A stretch of 64,000 bases of DNA. It comes from Octopus vulgaris. Lineage: Eukaryota. Shown here in pieces: positions 24,083-37,494 of the stretch. The position numbers and the translations under genes were made by a program. The notes beneath the pieces are model-generated. The model was not told where the DNA came from and did no database searches. It saw only the letters and a list, made by a program, of their open reading frames with translations. The stretch covers positions 86,056,001-86,120,000 of the forward strand of contig OX597822.1 of the NCBI GenBank assembly GCA_951406725.2, written 5' to 3'. The first letter of the stretch is position 1. Each line of letters opens with the position of its first letter.

Positions 24083-26370
24083 AGCATATATATATATATG
24101 TTTGATATATATATATGTATGTATATATATCATCAATTAACATCCATTTTTCATGTTGGCATAGGTTGGACCAATGTGTGCATCCGTTTGTGCATACACA
24201 CACATATATATATACATACATACACACACACACACATATATACATACATACACACACACACACACACATGCGCGCGCACACACACACATACATACATATA
24301 TATATGAGGGGAAGGGGAGGGAAAACAAAGCTTAGCAATGTAATGTAAGCCAAAATTCACCGAGAGGTCAATATTGAAAAGAACAGATAAGGGGAGATAA
24401 TTATTGAAGAAAGAAAACGTGAAATAACGTCAGTAATAATAACGATATATTTGTTAGAAAGAGTTGAGTGGCAGCAATGGGCCGAGACAGAAAGGTGTTG
24501 ATAAATTGAATGGTGCATTGTCAGGATTAAAAATGAATTTGTATGTTTCATGAATAGAAAAGTATTTAACGTGAGAAGAGAACTACCTACGTGCGAGAGA
24601 ACACATACAAACACACACACATATATGATAATGAATGATTATGAACGCATGTGTGTATACATACACACACATGCATGTATGTATATTTATACATATATAT
24701 ATATACATAAATAGATGGATATATATGGAGAGAGGGGGAGATTAATTATATACGTATCTACAAATATAGACACATTTGTATATACACCGTATCTCCTATG
24801 TACATCGACGCATATTCTTCACAGATGTTTCATTAGTACAAACACATTCATAGAATAGCTGGCAGGTAGCCAGCCGTGTATATACACAGATTTATATATA
24901 GCAATTAGAGTTGCAGACAGCAACCATGACACAGTAAATCTAGATACATAAAGATGCAAAAATAAAAATTCGTCCATGGAGACATGTTTCACTAATTCAC
25001 ACATGTGGACACTAAGTCACACATGGTCACAAACAATAGAGAGTAGAGAAGCATTTTTGGTGTTTTATGAATTAATACATAAAGTAACTCCAGTGAGTTC
25101 ACACACACACACGTATATGTGTGAACGTGGTCATGCTGGGGCACTGCCTAGTAGGGTTAACAAATTGACCCTAGTATTTATTTCTGATACATCTGGTTCT
25201 GGCATATATGTATATGTATATATATGTATGTATGATCATCATCATCATTTAACGTCCATGTTCCATGCTGGCATGGGTTGGATGGTTTGAAGAGGGTCCA
25301 GTGTGTCCGTCCAAGGACTGCCTCACCATCCACTGAGGTGTGCTTTGACATAGTTCCTATGACTGGATACCCTTCCAAATGCCAACCCCTTTGCAGCGTG
25401 AACTGGGTGCTTTTTACATACCATCTGTTCTACTAAGGTCACCATGTAATTTGCAGGACTATGAACCTTGTAGGAGGTAAACTGGGGTCAGCTTACTGCT
25501 AGAGGACAAGGGCATTATTATGAAGAGTGGGTGGGGAGAGCTGGTTCCCCACAGGGAGATCTGCATGGCTAATGACATCTAATAAGAGAAAAGGAGAGAG
25601 AGAGAAAGTGGGTGGGTGAATGTATGGGAAGGTGAATGAGGGTTTGGGGTGGCAGAGTGGCTAGGATTGAAGGTAGATGAAATAAGAACTGTGAGCTGAA
25701 AAAGATAGAGATGCAGAAGAGTGGCAATGAAGAAAACAGTAGGAGTATCAAAGATGGGGAGGAGAAAAGAGAGAGAGAGATGACATGGCTGGGTAGTCTG
25801 AAGTAAGTGAGGGGAGGGGAAGGGGCAGACATAATGCATGGGAGGGGGAACACTGTAACAGGTGGGGAAACCAAAACATGTAATTTCTTCCAGCATTCAG
25901 TTCCTTTGCTGAGCAAGGCAAATCTTTTCAAGAATCACATATCACCAGAGATCCCAGTCCTTTTTTATCTCCTTCTTAATGCTCAGGGTCCAGAGGTCAA
26001 TCTTAACCAAATAGTCATTAAGTGTTATGACCTTACCAACATTCAGAACCGTGTCTGGTCCATGGCATCACACTCGACAAGGATGGCTGACTACCAAAGG
26101 ACTTATTATTAGCAGGAAGTCTGCAGAAGAGCTGGACACATACTGACACACTTTATATTGTGTTCTATCTTAATTTATTCTGTGCTTTCTTTTTTCTTTA
26201 TTCTTTGTATTGTATTTTTTGTTACTTACTTCTTGTTCGTATCCACAGCTTAGCAACTTGATCTATTCTTTGCCATCCCCCCCTCAATGTATTTTAGATG
26301 CGACTACTATCAACATGCCCTAATTAAGATTAAGAACAAAGCATTACTTATGTAATAAGAAACTGTGTCA

Positions 26371-26475
26371 CATGACCTGAAGAAATGCTTCTGTACAGTG
26401 GAATGCACCATACTTTATTGTATAGTTCCCCACCCACGAAGGAGCGATGCAGGATGGGTCGAAACGGTCGTTATG
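26371..26475 (+). ncRNA. Hammerhead-like motif with long stem II insertion
   Basis: catgac-CTGAAGA-(77 nt)-GAAAC-G-GTC/-gttatg. Stem I is 6 bp with one G-U pair. The element ends at a TG/TA run near 26690. Confidence 0.55.
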
Positions 26476-26798
26476 ATAAATGAAGTTTCTAGTATACTCT
26501 ATCTTCCACATCCACGGTTTCTACTATACTCAATGTGTAGCAAGGAATTACTAACATAGATCCAGTGACCATCGTGGATGATGCCAGGTAGCCCTGAGAG
26601 GCGAATGTGCTCTGCTGGCATACTACTAAGGACATACCCAACATGTAAATTTTAAATCTTATCTCAGAGTTTAAACTTTAATTTTAACATATGTGTGTAT
26701 ATATATTTCCTTCCGGTCTTTCAAAATGTGACCTCGTGTGTACCGTTGGCGATTTTCTTCCCTCTGTCTTCCCTTCCCTGGATCTTTCCTTCTCCTAT

Positions 26799-26833
26799 GT
26801 TTCTGACGAAGAGCTCCGCTTGAAACGTTAAAC
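26799..26833 (+). ncRNA. Minimal hammerhead motif in a short element (26721-26925) ending at (TA)n
   Basis: gttt-CTGACGA-A-gagc tcc gctt-GAAA-cg-TT/-aaac. The CUGANGA and GAAA core is intact, stem I is gttt/aaac and AACGTT is palindromic. Confidence 0.7.
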
Positions 26834-26925
26834 CCGCCTTCTTTCCTGAGCGTCCAATAATACTATATTTGTTGCACGCCCTCGTGTTGTTGTGTTTTTT
26901 TTGTGCTTTCTTGTTTGGATTAACT

Positions 26926-27210
<285 letters not shown>

Positions 27211-27441
27211 TACAAGTATGAACAATCTACACATAAACATACATATATATATACATAATCATACATACACATAATACAGATATGTATATACACACACCAT
27301 ACATACACTTCAAATGTATATGCAAATTTATTTACATATGCATAATACAAATATAAAAAATAATAACAGTTATGTATACAAAATACAAAATATACCCAGG
27401 CACAGAACACACAGAAATGAATGCATATGCATGAAAACCCA

Positions 27442-27477
<36 letters not shown>

Positions 27478-28326
27478 GGTTTGTGATGTGTGTATGTGTG
27501 TGCATATATGCATGTGTGTGTGTGTGTATAAACAATGAAATGCATGAAAAGCTGCAGTAATTTTTGTCTTTATGGGTATATTGTACATCTGCACACAACT
27601 GGCAACATTCTTTCTCTGCATCATTCCAACAAATGTAGGAAAAGTGTACAAGTAGTCAGCAAGCGTCTGCACCAAGAATGTTAGAGGTGCAACGCTTCAT
27701 GCAAGTTGCTGCATCAGTGAATATGTATAGCAGTGTTAGCAATGGCTACAACAATTAACATGTCGATAGGTACATGTGTGCTTGTGAGATATATATAAAT
27801 ATATTTATAATTCCTAAATATATGCTCACATAGACACAGTAAAATATATTAATTATGATTATTTTGACAACATGGTTACAATAACATTCACTGTTTATTT
27901 GCTGTATATTGGAACATTTCAGAATTTTCTAATATTTATATACAATAACTAACATTTTAGTCTCATACCTCAGGTTTCATAGCACATTCACATGAAGTGA
28001 TTTCTATGAAATCTCTAATATAAATGTAAAGTTTTAGATATCTCATGCACCCATTTAATCATACACACACACACACACACACATATGCATTAAACATTCA
28101 GACACACATACAGACATATATTATTACATATAGTGGCATATCTTGCAGTTAAATGAAAAATAGTGGCTTCTTGTGCAACTGCATCTGTAGCAGTTATAAG
28201 CAATATATATGTGTGTAGATGAGGGTATGCAATACTCATTTCGTCTGCATGTGAACATAAACACACACATATATATGAAAATGTGTTGGTAAACTTGACA
28301 GTACATTTGTGTGTGTATTTTTTTTT

Positions 28327-28555
28327 TTACTTGTTTCAGTCATTTGACTGTGGCCATGCTGGAGCACTGCCTTTAGTCGAGCAAATCAACCCCAGGACTT
28401 ATTCTTTGTAAGCCTAGTACTTATTACATCAGTGTATTTTTGCCGAACCACTAAGTTGCGGGGACATAAACACACCAGCATCGGTTGTCAAGCGATGTTG
28501 GGGGGACAAACACAGACACACAAACACATACATATACACACACGCACACACATAT

Positions 28556-28601
<46 letters not shown>

Positions 28602-28712
28602 GATGGGCTTCTTTCAGTTTCCATCTACCAAATCCACTTGCCCAAGGTGCCACACAGTGGGAATGAACCTGGAACCATGTGGCAAGCTACTTACCACACA
28701 GCCACTCCTGTG
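28327..28712 (-). mobile_element. SINE family A copy
   Basis: Reverse complement of the 13041 and 59521 elements, with small deletions. Confidence 0.9.
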
Positions 28713-29164
28713 TATCTGTGCCAAAAAATGACTGTCTGTTTCCATAAATGCATACATAAAATTTCATGTGTTACAGTGTATGTGTATGTGTGTGATTGTA
28801 AGAATATATGTGCATGTATGTATAATTATGTATATGTGTGCATGAATGACAACAATATTAATGTAGATGATCACAACATGTGTTTTTATGCATGCATGTA
28901 CTTTAATTTAATGAATACCAGATATTCATACACACACACACACAGATATATATATATTCGTATAGATAAAGAGAGAGATAAGTTATATTAAATCTCCGAG
29001 TGAGAAATAAACAGTAACAGTATGGAATTGTAAAATATATTTCTCAACTAAATGTGACAGTCCTATAGAGGACTGTTACTGCTGTTTTAGCCCCACCAAG
29101 GGGCTAAAAGCAAAAGTAATATCATCTTCTGTGGGACAACCACATTTAGCTGGCAAATATATTC

Positions 29165-29611
<447 letters not shown>

Positions 29612-29742
29612 TATTAAATCTCTAAATACCTTTAAGGTATTTAGACATTTTATATATATATTAATAAGAGCACTTATTCAAATAATCGCAGTATAAATCT
29701 GTATTCGCATTTTGAATATATTTGATTAAATCAGTATATATT

Positions 29743-29805
<63 letters not shown>

Positions 29806-29849
29806 TACTACCGCTTTTTACCAATAAATTACCTATATATATATATATG

Positions 29850-29885
<36 letters not shown>

Positions 29886-30793
29886 TATATTAACTTTACC
29901 CAACATGTGGACATGTAGAAAAACAGTGTAAGATAACTCAAGTTTTTGTTTAAAAAAATTCCTTTTTTTAATTAATCAATTAAAAATTCCCCTGCCCCAT
30001 TATAAACACAGATGATAAATAGATAATGCATATGTGTATTTATGTAGACATGTTTATGCATATGTATACATAGAGATATGGGTGTATAAATAATTCATGC
30101 ATATGTATGTCTGTGCATGTAAGTATGTATGTATGTATGTATCTATGTGCATGTGTGTGTGTGTGTGTGTGTGTATGTGTGTGTACAAGTATGCACGTCT
30201 GGTGTGTGCATGTACACACACACAGATAGCTGTAATAATGAATTCAAACCACTGTTTCTTATTGTAATGTGATATACATACACACACACACACACATACA
30301 TACATATACGTGCATGTGTGTGTATGTGTGTGTGTACGTGCGTGTATGTTATGCAGACATTAAAATTAATTTAAAGTTATTCATTGAAGACATACACAAC
30401 ACTGCAACAGGCCAGTATGAAGTATGCATATTTCGTGTATGGCTTAGATGATGTTGTACATAGAACGTCATTGTAGTTCTATGCATCTCAAGAAATGCAT
30501 TTGTGTCCGTCTGTAAACCCATGTATATAAAAAAAAAACTGTATTTTTCCCCTTCATCCCACAAGAATATTGTCCCATAAGTCACTGATTGTCCATCATC
30601 ATCATCACTATTATTCAAAGGGAAAAATAACTTGGTTAGTGCAGTTAGTAGATATCCTTATCATATAATAAATGGTTATCAGAACCATTTCCATCCCTTT
30701 CCATTGCATTGTGTGAGTTTCTGTGTTTGATAACCATCTTTGCTTCATATCACTTCTTGCCACAAATTCTTCTTCAACCCAATCGACCAATCT

Positions 30794-30863
30794 TCATAAT
30801 ATGGTACATCGCTGACGTTTTCCTTTGCGCTTTGGAACACGGTTAAAATCAGGAGGTTGCTCG
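30794..30863 (-). CDS. MRAS: M-Ras GTPase, last coding exon (polybasic hypervariable region plus CAAX)
   Basis: Acceptor ctgatttttag. Translates (R)EQPPDFNRVPKRKGKRQRCTIL*, with phase 2 matching the previous exon. Confidence 0.9.
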
Positions 30864-33800
30864 CTAAAAATCAGACAAAAAAAACAAAAACAAATCAGTG
30901 GAAAAAAACATTTTTTGAAAAATGCAGAAAAGGCAAATGAAACAGTTGTTTATTCTTCCTTATTTGAGAATGATTAAGTCATAGATCAGCAATGATCAGC
31001 CAGATCAATGATGCAAAACTTAGCAGCCGTTTGTGTGTCTTTACATCCTGAGTTCAAATTCTGCAAAGTCGACTTTTGCCACTCATCCTTTTGGGGTCAA
31101 TAAAATAAATACTAGTTGAAGATTGGGATCAATGTCATCAAATTATCCTAACCCCACCCTGAAATTACTGGCTTTGTGCCAAAATGTGAAACCGATATTT
31201 CTTTTTAAGATGATAAAGTGTGATTGAGGGAGATGTGGCTCCATTTCTAGCAGATTGAGTGACCCTGTCGATGTTTCCTCTTCGGCTTAGTTTTATTTTG
31301 TTGAATGGGTTGCAGAGAGACTGAACTCTTAGACAACATGTTTCAGGATCTCTGACAAGAAAGACAATGCTTCTATAAGGCATAACATACGGGTAGATAA
31401 AGTGAGGAACTGAAGGACAAAAATGTATCACATTTCATGCAGTCAATAGAGCACCAGTCATATAATGGTATCAACATAAACCATAGCATTTCTTCTTCTT
31501 CTTCTCCTCCTCTTTGCAGTTATACTGCAATGCATCTGGTTCACAGTGATCAATTGTATCAACTCATGGTATGTATCTATTTTGTAACAACATAATCTAA
31601 AGCAATGACTTCAGTACCACAGCAATCAATGACAATGGAATATAAAAATCATGAAAATTCTGGACCCAAAAATTCAACATTGTTAGAAGGAATTTTATTC
31701 GCAGTGAATAATTGTTATAAGATTAGAAGAATTGTTTGTTGATGTGCAGAGATGTGACGTGCAGCTTATATCACATCACAGCACACAAATATTCCTTTCT
31801 GATTATATTATGAATGAGAGTCTTAATAATTACCAAGCATCAATAACTTACCATTTCTGAGATTATCTTTAATATAAAAAAAAAATCAAGTTTGCATAAG
31901 AATGCTGGTTAAATTTAATTAAGGCAGCCTAAAATTGCTTGTTGTGATTTTCTTTGTATCAAGGATGTTAAATTCATGTAGAGGTAAGCAGTGGAATCGG
32001 TCCTGACTTATGCTAGAATTCAGTTTTAGAAGTGGTACATCACATCCCTATCATAAAAAGATGACTTAAAGATTTAGTGACAAGAAGGCTATCATCTGGT
32101 TGCAAAAAAACCCATCCAACCATGCCAGCATAGAAAAGTGGATGTCGAACAACGATGATGATAATGACTTGTTAATTAATTGCTTGCCTCAGTAAAATAA
32201 TTTTTTAAAATTGTAAGTTTAAATATTTAAACTTGTGGTGCACCTGAGCACTGTATACAATAGTTTCATTTATTATTATTTTATGCAGTTTTCTTCCAGT
32301 TAGTCATACAAATATGAAATAAAAAGAACTGACAAGGGAGAGAACCTCTACATCTCTTAAACCACACTCTCCAGTCTTAAATGAGAGAAAAGCATCTAAA
32401 TTTTACCCTTACATCAAATCCTAGACATACAAAACGAAGTGATGGTCATGGCTGGAACATCTTTGATCACAGATGTGCTTGATCAGGTCTGACCTAGGGC
32501 TAAACAACAACAGAAATGAAATATGGGCAGCAAATGTAAAATGAAACCAGCATAATTATGTATTTCATTTTGATGACCATCAATAATAAAATCAAGAACT
32601 CCGGTTAACTGAATCTCTCTCTTTTAAACTTGTTTCAAGTGATGGCTTCCAGCCTCATTCCCTGTTGAAGTCAGCTGCTGTGGCTTTCCATCTAGTTTAG
32701 TGTGCTATTTCCTGCAGAAGATAGGTCTAGAACCCAGACAACTGAAGACAGCCATCAAGGAAATAATAGGCCTGGCAGCTGAAACTAGCTCAGCATAGCT
32801 TATGGTTCATAAAAGACCACAAGTGGAACCCTTCCGTAGGTAAAGACTGGCTCAGTCCTTGCTGCCCCCATTCAGGTGAAGTGGAAAGGCTAAGGGACGA
32901 AACGCTTATGACCCTAAGATACTTGCTGATGATACATAAAGGTTTCCAGCATTGCAATGCATTTAAAAGAGATTGCAAAACCTCTGAGGAGCTCCTGCAC
33001 TTTCTGCAAGGGGCAAAGTGTTTCTGATGTTTATTTCACCTAACTCTATACATCATCATCGTCATGTAGCGTCTGTTGTCCATGCTGGCATGAACTGGAC
33101 GGTGTGATCAAAGCTGGCAAGCTGGGGGCGAGGGGTCTGCACCAGGTTCCAGTCTGATTTGGCAGGGTTTCTATGGCTGGATGCCCTTCCTAATGCCAAC
33201 CATTTTACAGAGTGTGCTGGATGCTTTTACATGGCACCAGCACAGGACTCTTGCAGGCCAATCATTTTGGCATACAGGTCTTCTTGGGCATAACAAGGCA
33301 CCAGGCATTTCGGTCCTTTGTCATCTCTTCTGAAAGGTTCAGTGTACTGAAGTCATGCTTCAGTACTTCATCCCATGTCTTCCTGGATCTCCCACTTCCA
33401 TGTGTTCCATCTACTTTGAGAGATAGCACTTAACTTAATAGATTGGTTTCCTATATCTTTAGTGGACAAAAATACAGGATGTCCTGATGTTCACAATTTA
33501 TTTTAAACTTGAATGAAATCAAATGGCTTCAATAAAGCAATATCATAGCCTCTGATTGTCGAGAGATAAACTTTTACTCCATGGCAGACAGCCTTTCCAT
33601 GACTATGCTTAGAATATCTGGATATTTTAATTTTGAAAATGATAAAAAATTTATATGCATTTTTAATAAAATAGCTTATTTTTACATTTTCTATGCCAAG
33701 TTATCTGGTCAAGCTTGCTCAAATTTGCCCAATTTGTTGATAATAGCCATTACAGACCCACACGGAGATCAGGAACAACATTCAATGTCCATACAGGACC

Positions 33801-34261
33801 AGTTGATAATGGTCGTCCTGTGTATATCTTCATCAGGTGGATCTACAGCAATGCATCATTAACAAGTTTTTGCTGAGTTCTCCAACAATGTCCTGAAAAA
33901 CATGCATCAGTGATTGGAAGACTATCACACACACACACTCTTTGGTTGGGTGGCAGATTTTTGCCATGCACTGGTGATGGCACCACATAAAAAGCATCTA
34001 GTACACTGTGTAATGTGGTTGGCACAAGGAAAGGCATCCAGCTGCAGAAGCCATGCCACAACAGACAATGGAACCTGGTGCAGACTCTGGTCTTACCAGT
34101 TCCTGTCAAACCGTCCAACCTATGCCAACATGGAAAACAGACGTTAAATGATGATTATGGTGATGATGGTGATATTCAGGATGGTGTGTAAGATGTACCA
34201 TGAAGACAAGTTAACATTGATCAAATATTTGCAAATTCCTTTCAAAAAGAAAGTCACTTAC

Positions 34262-34341
34262 CGAATAATTCGGACAACTTGATGGAATGCTGCATCGACG
34301 TTGAGGGGTGGGTCTTTTGCACTGGTTTCTATGTAATGGAT
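34262..34341 (-). CDS. MRAS: M-Ras GTPase exon (G5 box)
   Basis: Acceptor ctttctcag. Translates [26 protein letters not shown](R), where [12 protein letters not shown] is diagnostic of M-Ras. GTAAGT donor. 80 nt. Confidence 0.95.
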
Positions 34342-34812
34342 CTGAGAAAGAAAGAAATTAAAAAATAAATAAATGATAATTGTTTAATTATTACGATATC
34401 GAAAAAAAAAACATTAAGAAATGGAAATAATTGAAGCCAAGAATAGAAATGAGATCACAGACTCAGTTTGTTGAGAACTTAACATGTGCAAAGAAGAAAA
34501 AAGATTTATTAGATAAGGGGAGTTGAATATCCTGCTTAAGCATGTTAGGTGATTCCAGCTATGGTCCATAAATACAAGTTCCAGTGTCTCTAGCACTCGG
34601 TCATTGTATCATCATCATCATCATCATCATCACCTAATGATAGTGACTGTATGTAATATAGACACACAGCTAGAAGATGGTAGGGAGGGAGTGACATGAT
34701 TACATTGACCTCAGTGTATAACTGACTGCATAGAGATAAATAGCTAAGATGATCATCTTTTTAAATGTAACAATGTAAAAGAAAATGTGTGTATGTAGAC
34801 AAACAGACAGAG

Positions 34813-34870
<58 letters not shown>

Positions 34871-34894
34871 TTTTATTCTTTTACATGTTTCAGC

Positions 34895-35290
34895 CCTAAT
34901 TAATGAAAAGAAATGAAGAAAAAAACAGCAACGCGAGGACGTGATACATGCAAAGTATTAAAAGATGCTTAGGGAAGGAAAAAAAGTTGTTTTAAGTTTC
35001 GAGCAAAGCTCTTCTTTAGAAACAGGAAAGTCCAAGAGAAAAAGAAGATGGAGGAAAAAAAAATCGCCAATAATCCACATGTAGTTACATTTTGAAAAAA
35101 AAAAAAAATATATATATATGTTTATGTGGTGCAAAAATTATATAAAGCACAAAAACAAGGTAAAGTAGCACAAATCAGGTTTACACTGAGGAAAATTAGA
35201 AGGAAAAATCTTTTTGTTTTGAGCCAACATTCTTCAACAGAAAGAAGAGAAAGAGAAAAGAAAAATGGAGAGAGAAATGAACAAAGATGT
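34895..35290 (-). mobile_element. Two degenerate hammerhead-bearing short elements (family of 26721 and 16805)
   Basis: 34989-35023 on - reads gttt-CTAAAGA-A-gagc ttt gctc-GAAA-c-TT-aaaac. 35211-35244 on - reads cttt-CTGTTGA-A-gaat gttg gctc-AAAAC. Flanks of the first are homologous to 26721-26925. Confidence 0.6.
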
Positions 35291-35691
35291 CTCAATTAAA
35301 AATTTTTTAAAAAATTAAATATCACAAACTCTCTCTCTCAGTTGAAAGATCGTTGTCTTGCAAGCTACTTGACAACCCTACTGGTTCCACGTAAAAAGCA
35401 CCTAGTACACTCTGTAAAGTGGTTGGCATCAGGAAGGGCATCCGGTCAAAGAAGCCATGCCAAAACAGACAACTGGAGCCTAAGCTCTTGTCAAACTGTC
35501 CAACTCATACCTGCACAGAAAAGAGACATTAAATGATGATGATGATGTGTGTGCATGTCAGGGAGAGAGAGGAGGGGAGGGAGAAAGGGAGAGAGGGGGG
35601 AGTGACAGACAGACAGAGTGTGTGTGTGTGTGTGTATGTGTGTGTGTGCGAACAAGCAAGCCTGGATAAATATTACAGCCAGGTCTCTTAC

Positions 35692-35791
35692 ATTGAGCTG
35701 GTTGGCAAGATCCCTTCCTTGTTCTTCAGTGATTTTCCGTTGATGGACAAGATCGACTTTGTTGGCAACTAAAAGCATCGGATAGGAATCT
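35692..35791 (-). CDS. MRAS: M-Ras GTPase exon (G4 NKxD box)
   Basis: Acceptor ttcttttttctag-like. Translates (R)[38 protein letters not shown] donor. 100 nt. Confidence 0.95.
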
Positions 35792-36767
35792 CTAGAAAAA
35801 GAAGAAAAATAAAACAGAAATAGTGAATAAAACACAGGTGGTTAACAAGTGAACTTGACAAGTAGCTTCAAAAGGGAGTGTTTATGACAAAACTACATTT
35901 GTTATAATTGTACAATTATTAAATCAGTTTCAAATTTTGGCACAAGGCCAGCAGTTTCGGGGTGGGGTAAGTCAACAGCATCAACCCCTAAGCCCTAGAC
36001 GCCATTAGCCAAAGCTTAATCTTGTTTGCACAGAATTAAAAGGAGCTGAGGTTATGGCCAAATCCTTCGGACAGGACACCAAACCTTCACAGAGTTCGCT
36101 TTCCAGTTATTCTTGGAGCTCTTTCAGAACCGAGTGGATTAGAGCAATGGGAAATGTGAAATGGAGTGTTTTGCTCAAGAACACAATGTACCATCAATTG
36201 ACATCTTGATGGGCTTCATTCTTGTTATCACCAACTCCCTAGAATGGTTAGTAAGTCCTTCTTTAACTGATTACTAAATTGTTCCAACCAAAATATCAAT
36301 GATTTTCTAACTTTATTTCCAATTTCCTGCATGCAATGCATGCGAGCGTGCCTATTAATTTATCTCAGCTGTAACTTTTCTCTGGGTTTAGTTGATCCCA
36401 GGGAAGGAATTAAGCCCCTTAGCCCCAACCCTAACGAACGGCCCAGTCTAAAAATCACTAACTTGTCTGGGTATTTTTGTCAGAAGCATTTGAGCCCGTC
36501 ATCGCCTCCTCACATTCTTTTTCTGAAGACATTGACCTATAGACGTTCAAACGGGATTACATCATATCCCGTGCTTGGGAAGGCCTGAATAGGTCATAGA
36601 AACTATCGCTTCTCTCCCGAGTAATTTTTAGAAAAACATCCAAACTATCTTTTGACAAGTTTAGTGTTTTGATGATTTTGGGCATAAAGGGAGACGACTC
36701 TGACATTTTTGTGTCCGACATTGTTTTTGAATTTTTTCACAAATTGAAATTGGTATTATATACTTTA

Positions 36768-36811
<44 letters not shown>

Positions 36812-36827
36812 GTGTGCGTGCGTGCGT

Positions 36828-37055
36828 AGGCACGTGGCTTAGTAGTTAGGGTATTCAGCTCACAATTGTAAGGTCATGAGTTCAATTTCAAGTAGCACAT
36901 TGTGTCCTTGAGCAAGACACATTGCTCCAGTCTACTCAGCTGAGAAAAATGAGTTGTACTTGTATTTCAAATTGCCAGCTTTGTCACATTCTGTGTCACA
37001 CTGAATCTCCCTGAGAACTAATTAAGGGTACACGGGTCTGTGGAGGGCTTGCTCA
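36828..37055 (+). mobile_element. tRNA-derived SINE family C. Further copies at 52394-52712 (+) and 55660-55950 (-), with related elements at 40940-41225 (-) and 41306-41597 (+)
   Basis: tggcttagt(g)gttagggtatt..gagttcaatt..tgtgtccttgagcaagacac..ccactcagctg..gaatctccctgagaac. A/B boxes plus a conserved central domain. Confidence 0.8.
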
Positions 37056-37340
37056 TGCCATTGCTTCAAGCTGGTTGGTTGGTTAATAGACCAATCGCGT
37101 AAAACTATGATGGTTTACTTGTCTGACTGCATATCCAGGGATTTGATTTCAAATCACTACAAAACCTTATTTTACAGCTTCTACACCCCAACACCTGTTT
37201 ATTCCAGTTTTTTAGGATGATTTAGTGCTGTATCTAACAAAACAATAATTAAAACATTCATTTCTGAGTAGCAATGGAGTGGGTTGGTGATTACCAATCA
37301 GACAGTTTTTACTGTTTGGTAAGGGATGGGTAGAACTCAC

Positions 37341-37494
37341 CTGTCTTTTACCCGCAAAATTTGTGTGTAGAAATTTGTAATGCTGTTAAAACTGTGTGGA
37401 TCCGTAACAGAAAACACCAGCAAGAAACCATCACCCGTACGCATATATTGCTCCCGCATGGCACTGAACTCTTCTTGTCCAGCTGTGTCAAGCA
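37341..37494 (-). CDS. MRAS: M-Ras GTPase exon (G3 DTAGQ / switch II). The upstream P-loop exon was not found in the window
   Basis: Acceptor ttacttccag. Translates (V)[50 protein letters not shown](R). GTGAGT donor. 154 nt. Confidence 0.96.

Noticed and set aside
33745-33905. - strand CTGATGAAG followed by a hairpin, resembling a hammerhead
   Set aside because: There is no GAAA box or stem I closure. The region translates as an RTE-X 3' fragment (FSGHCWRTQQKLVNDALL..GRP).
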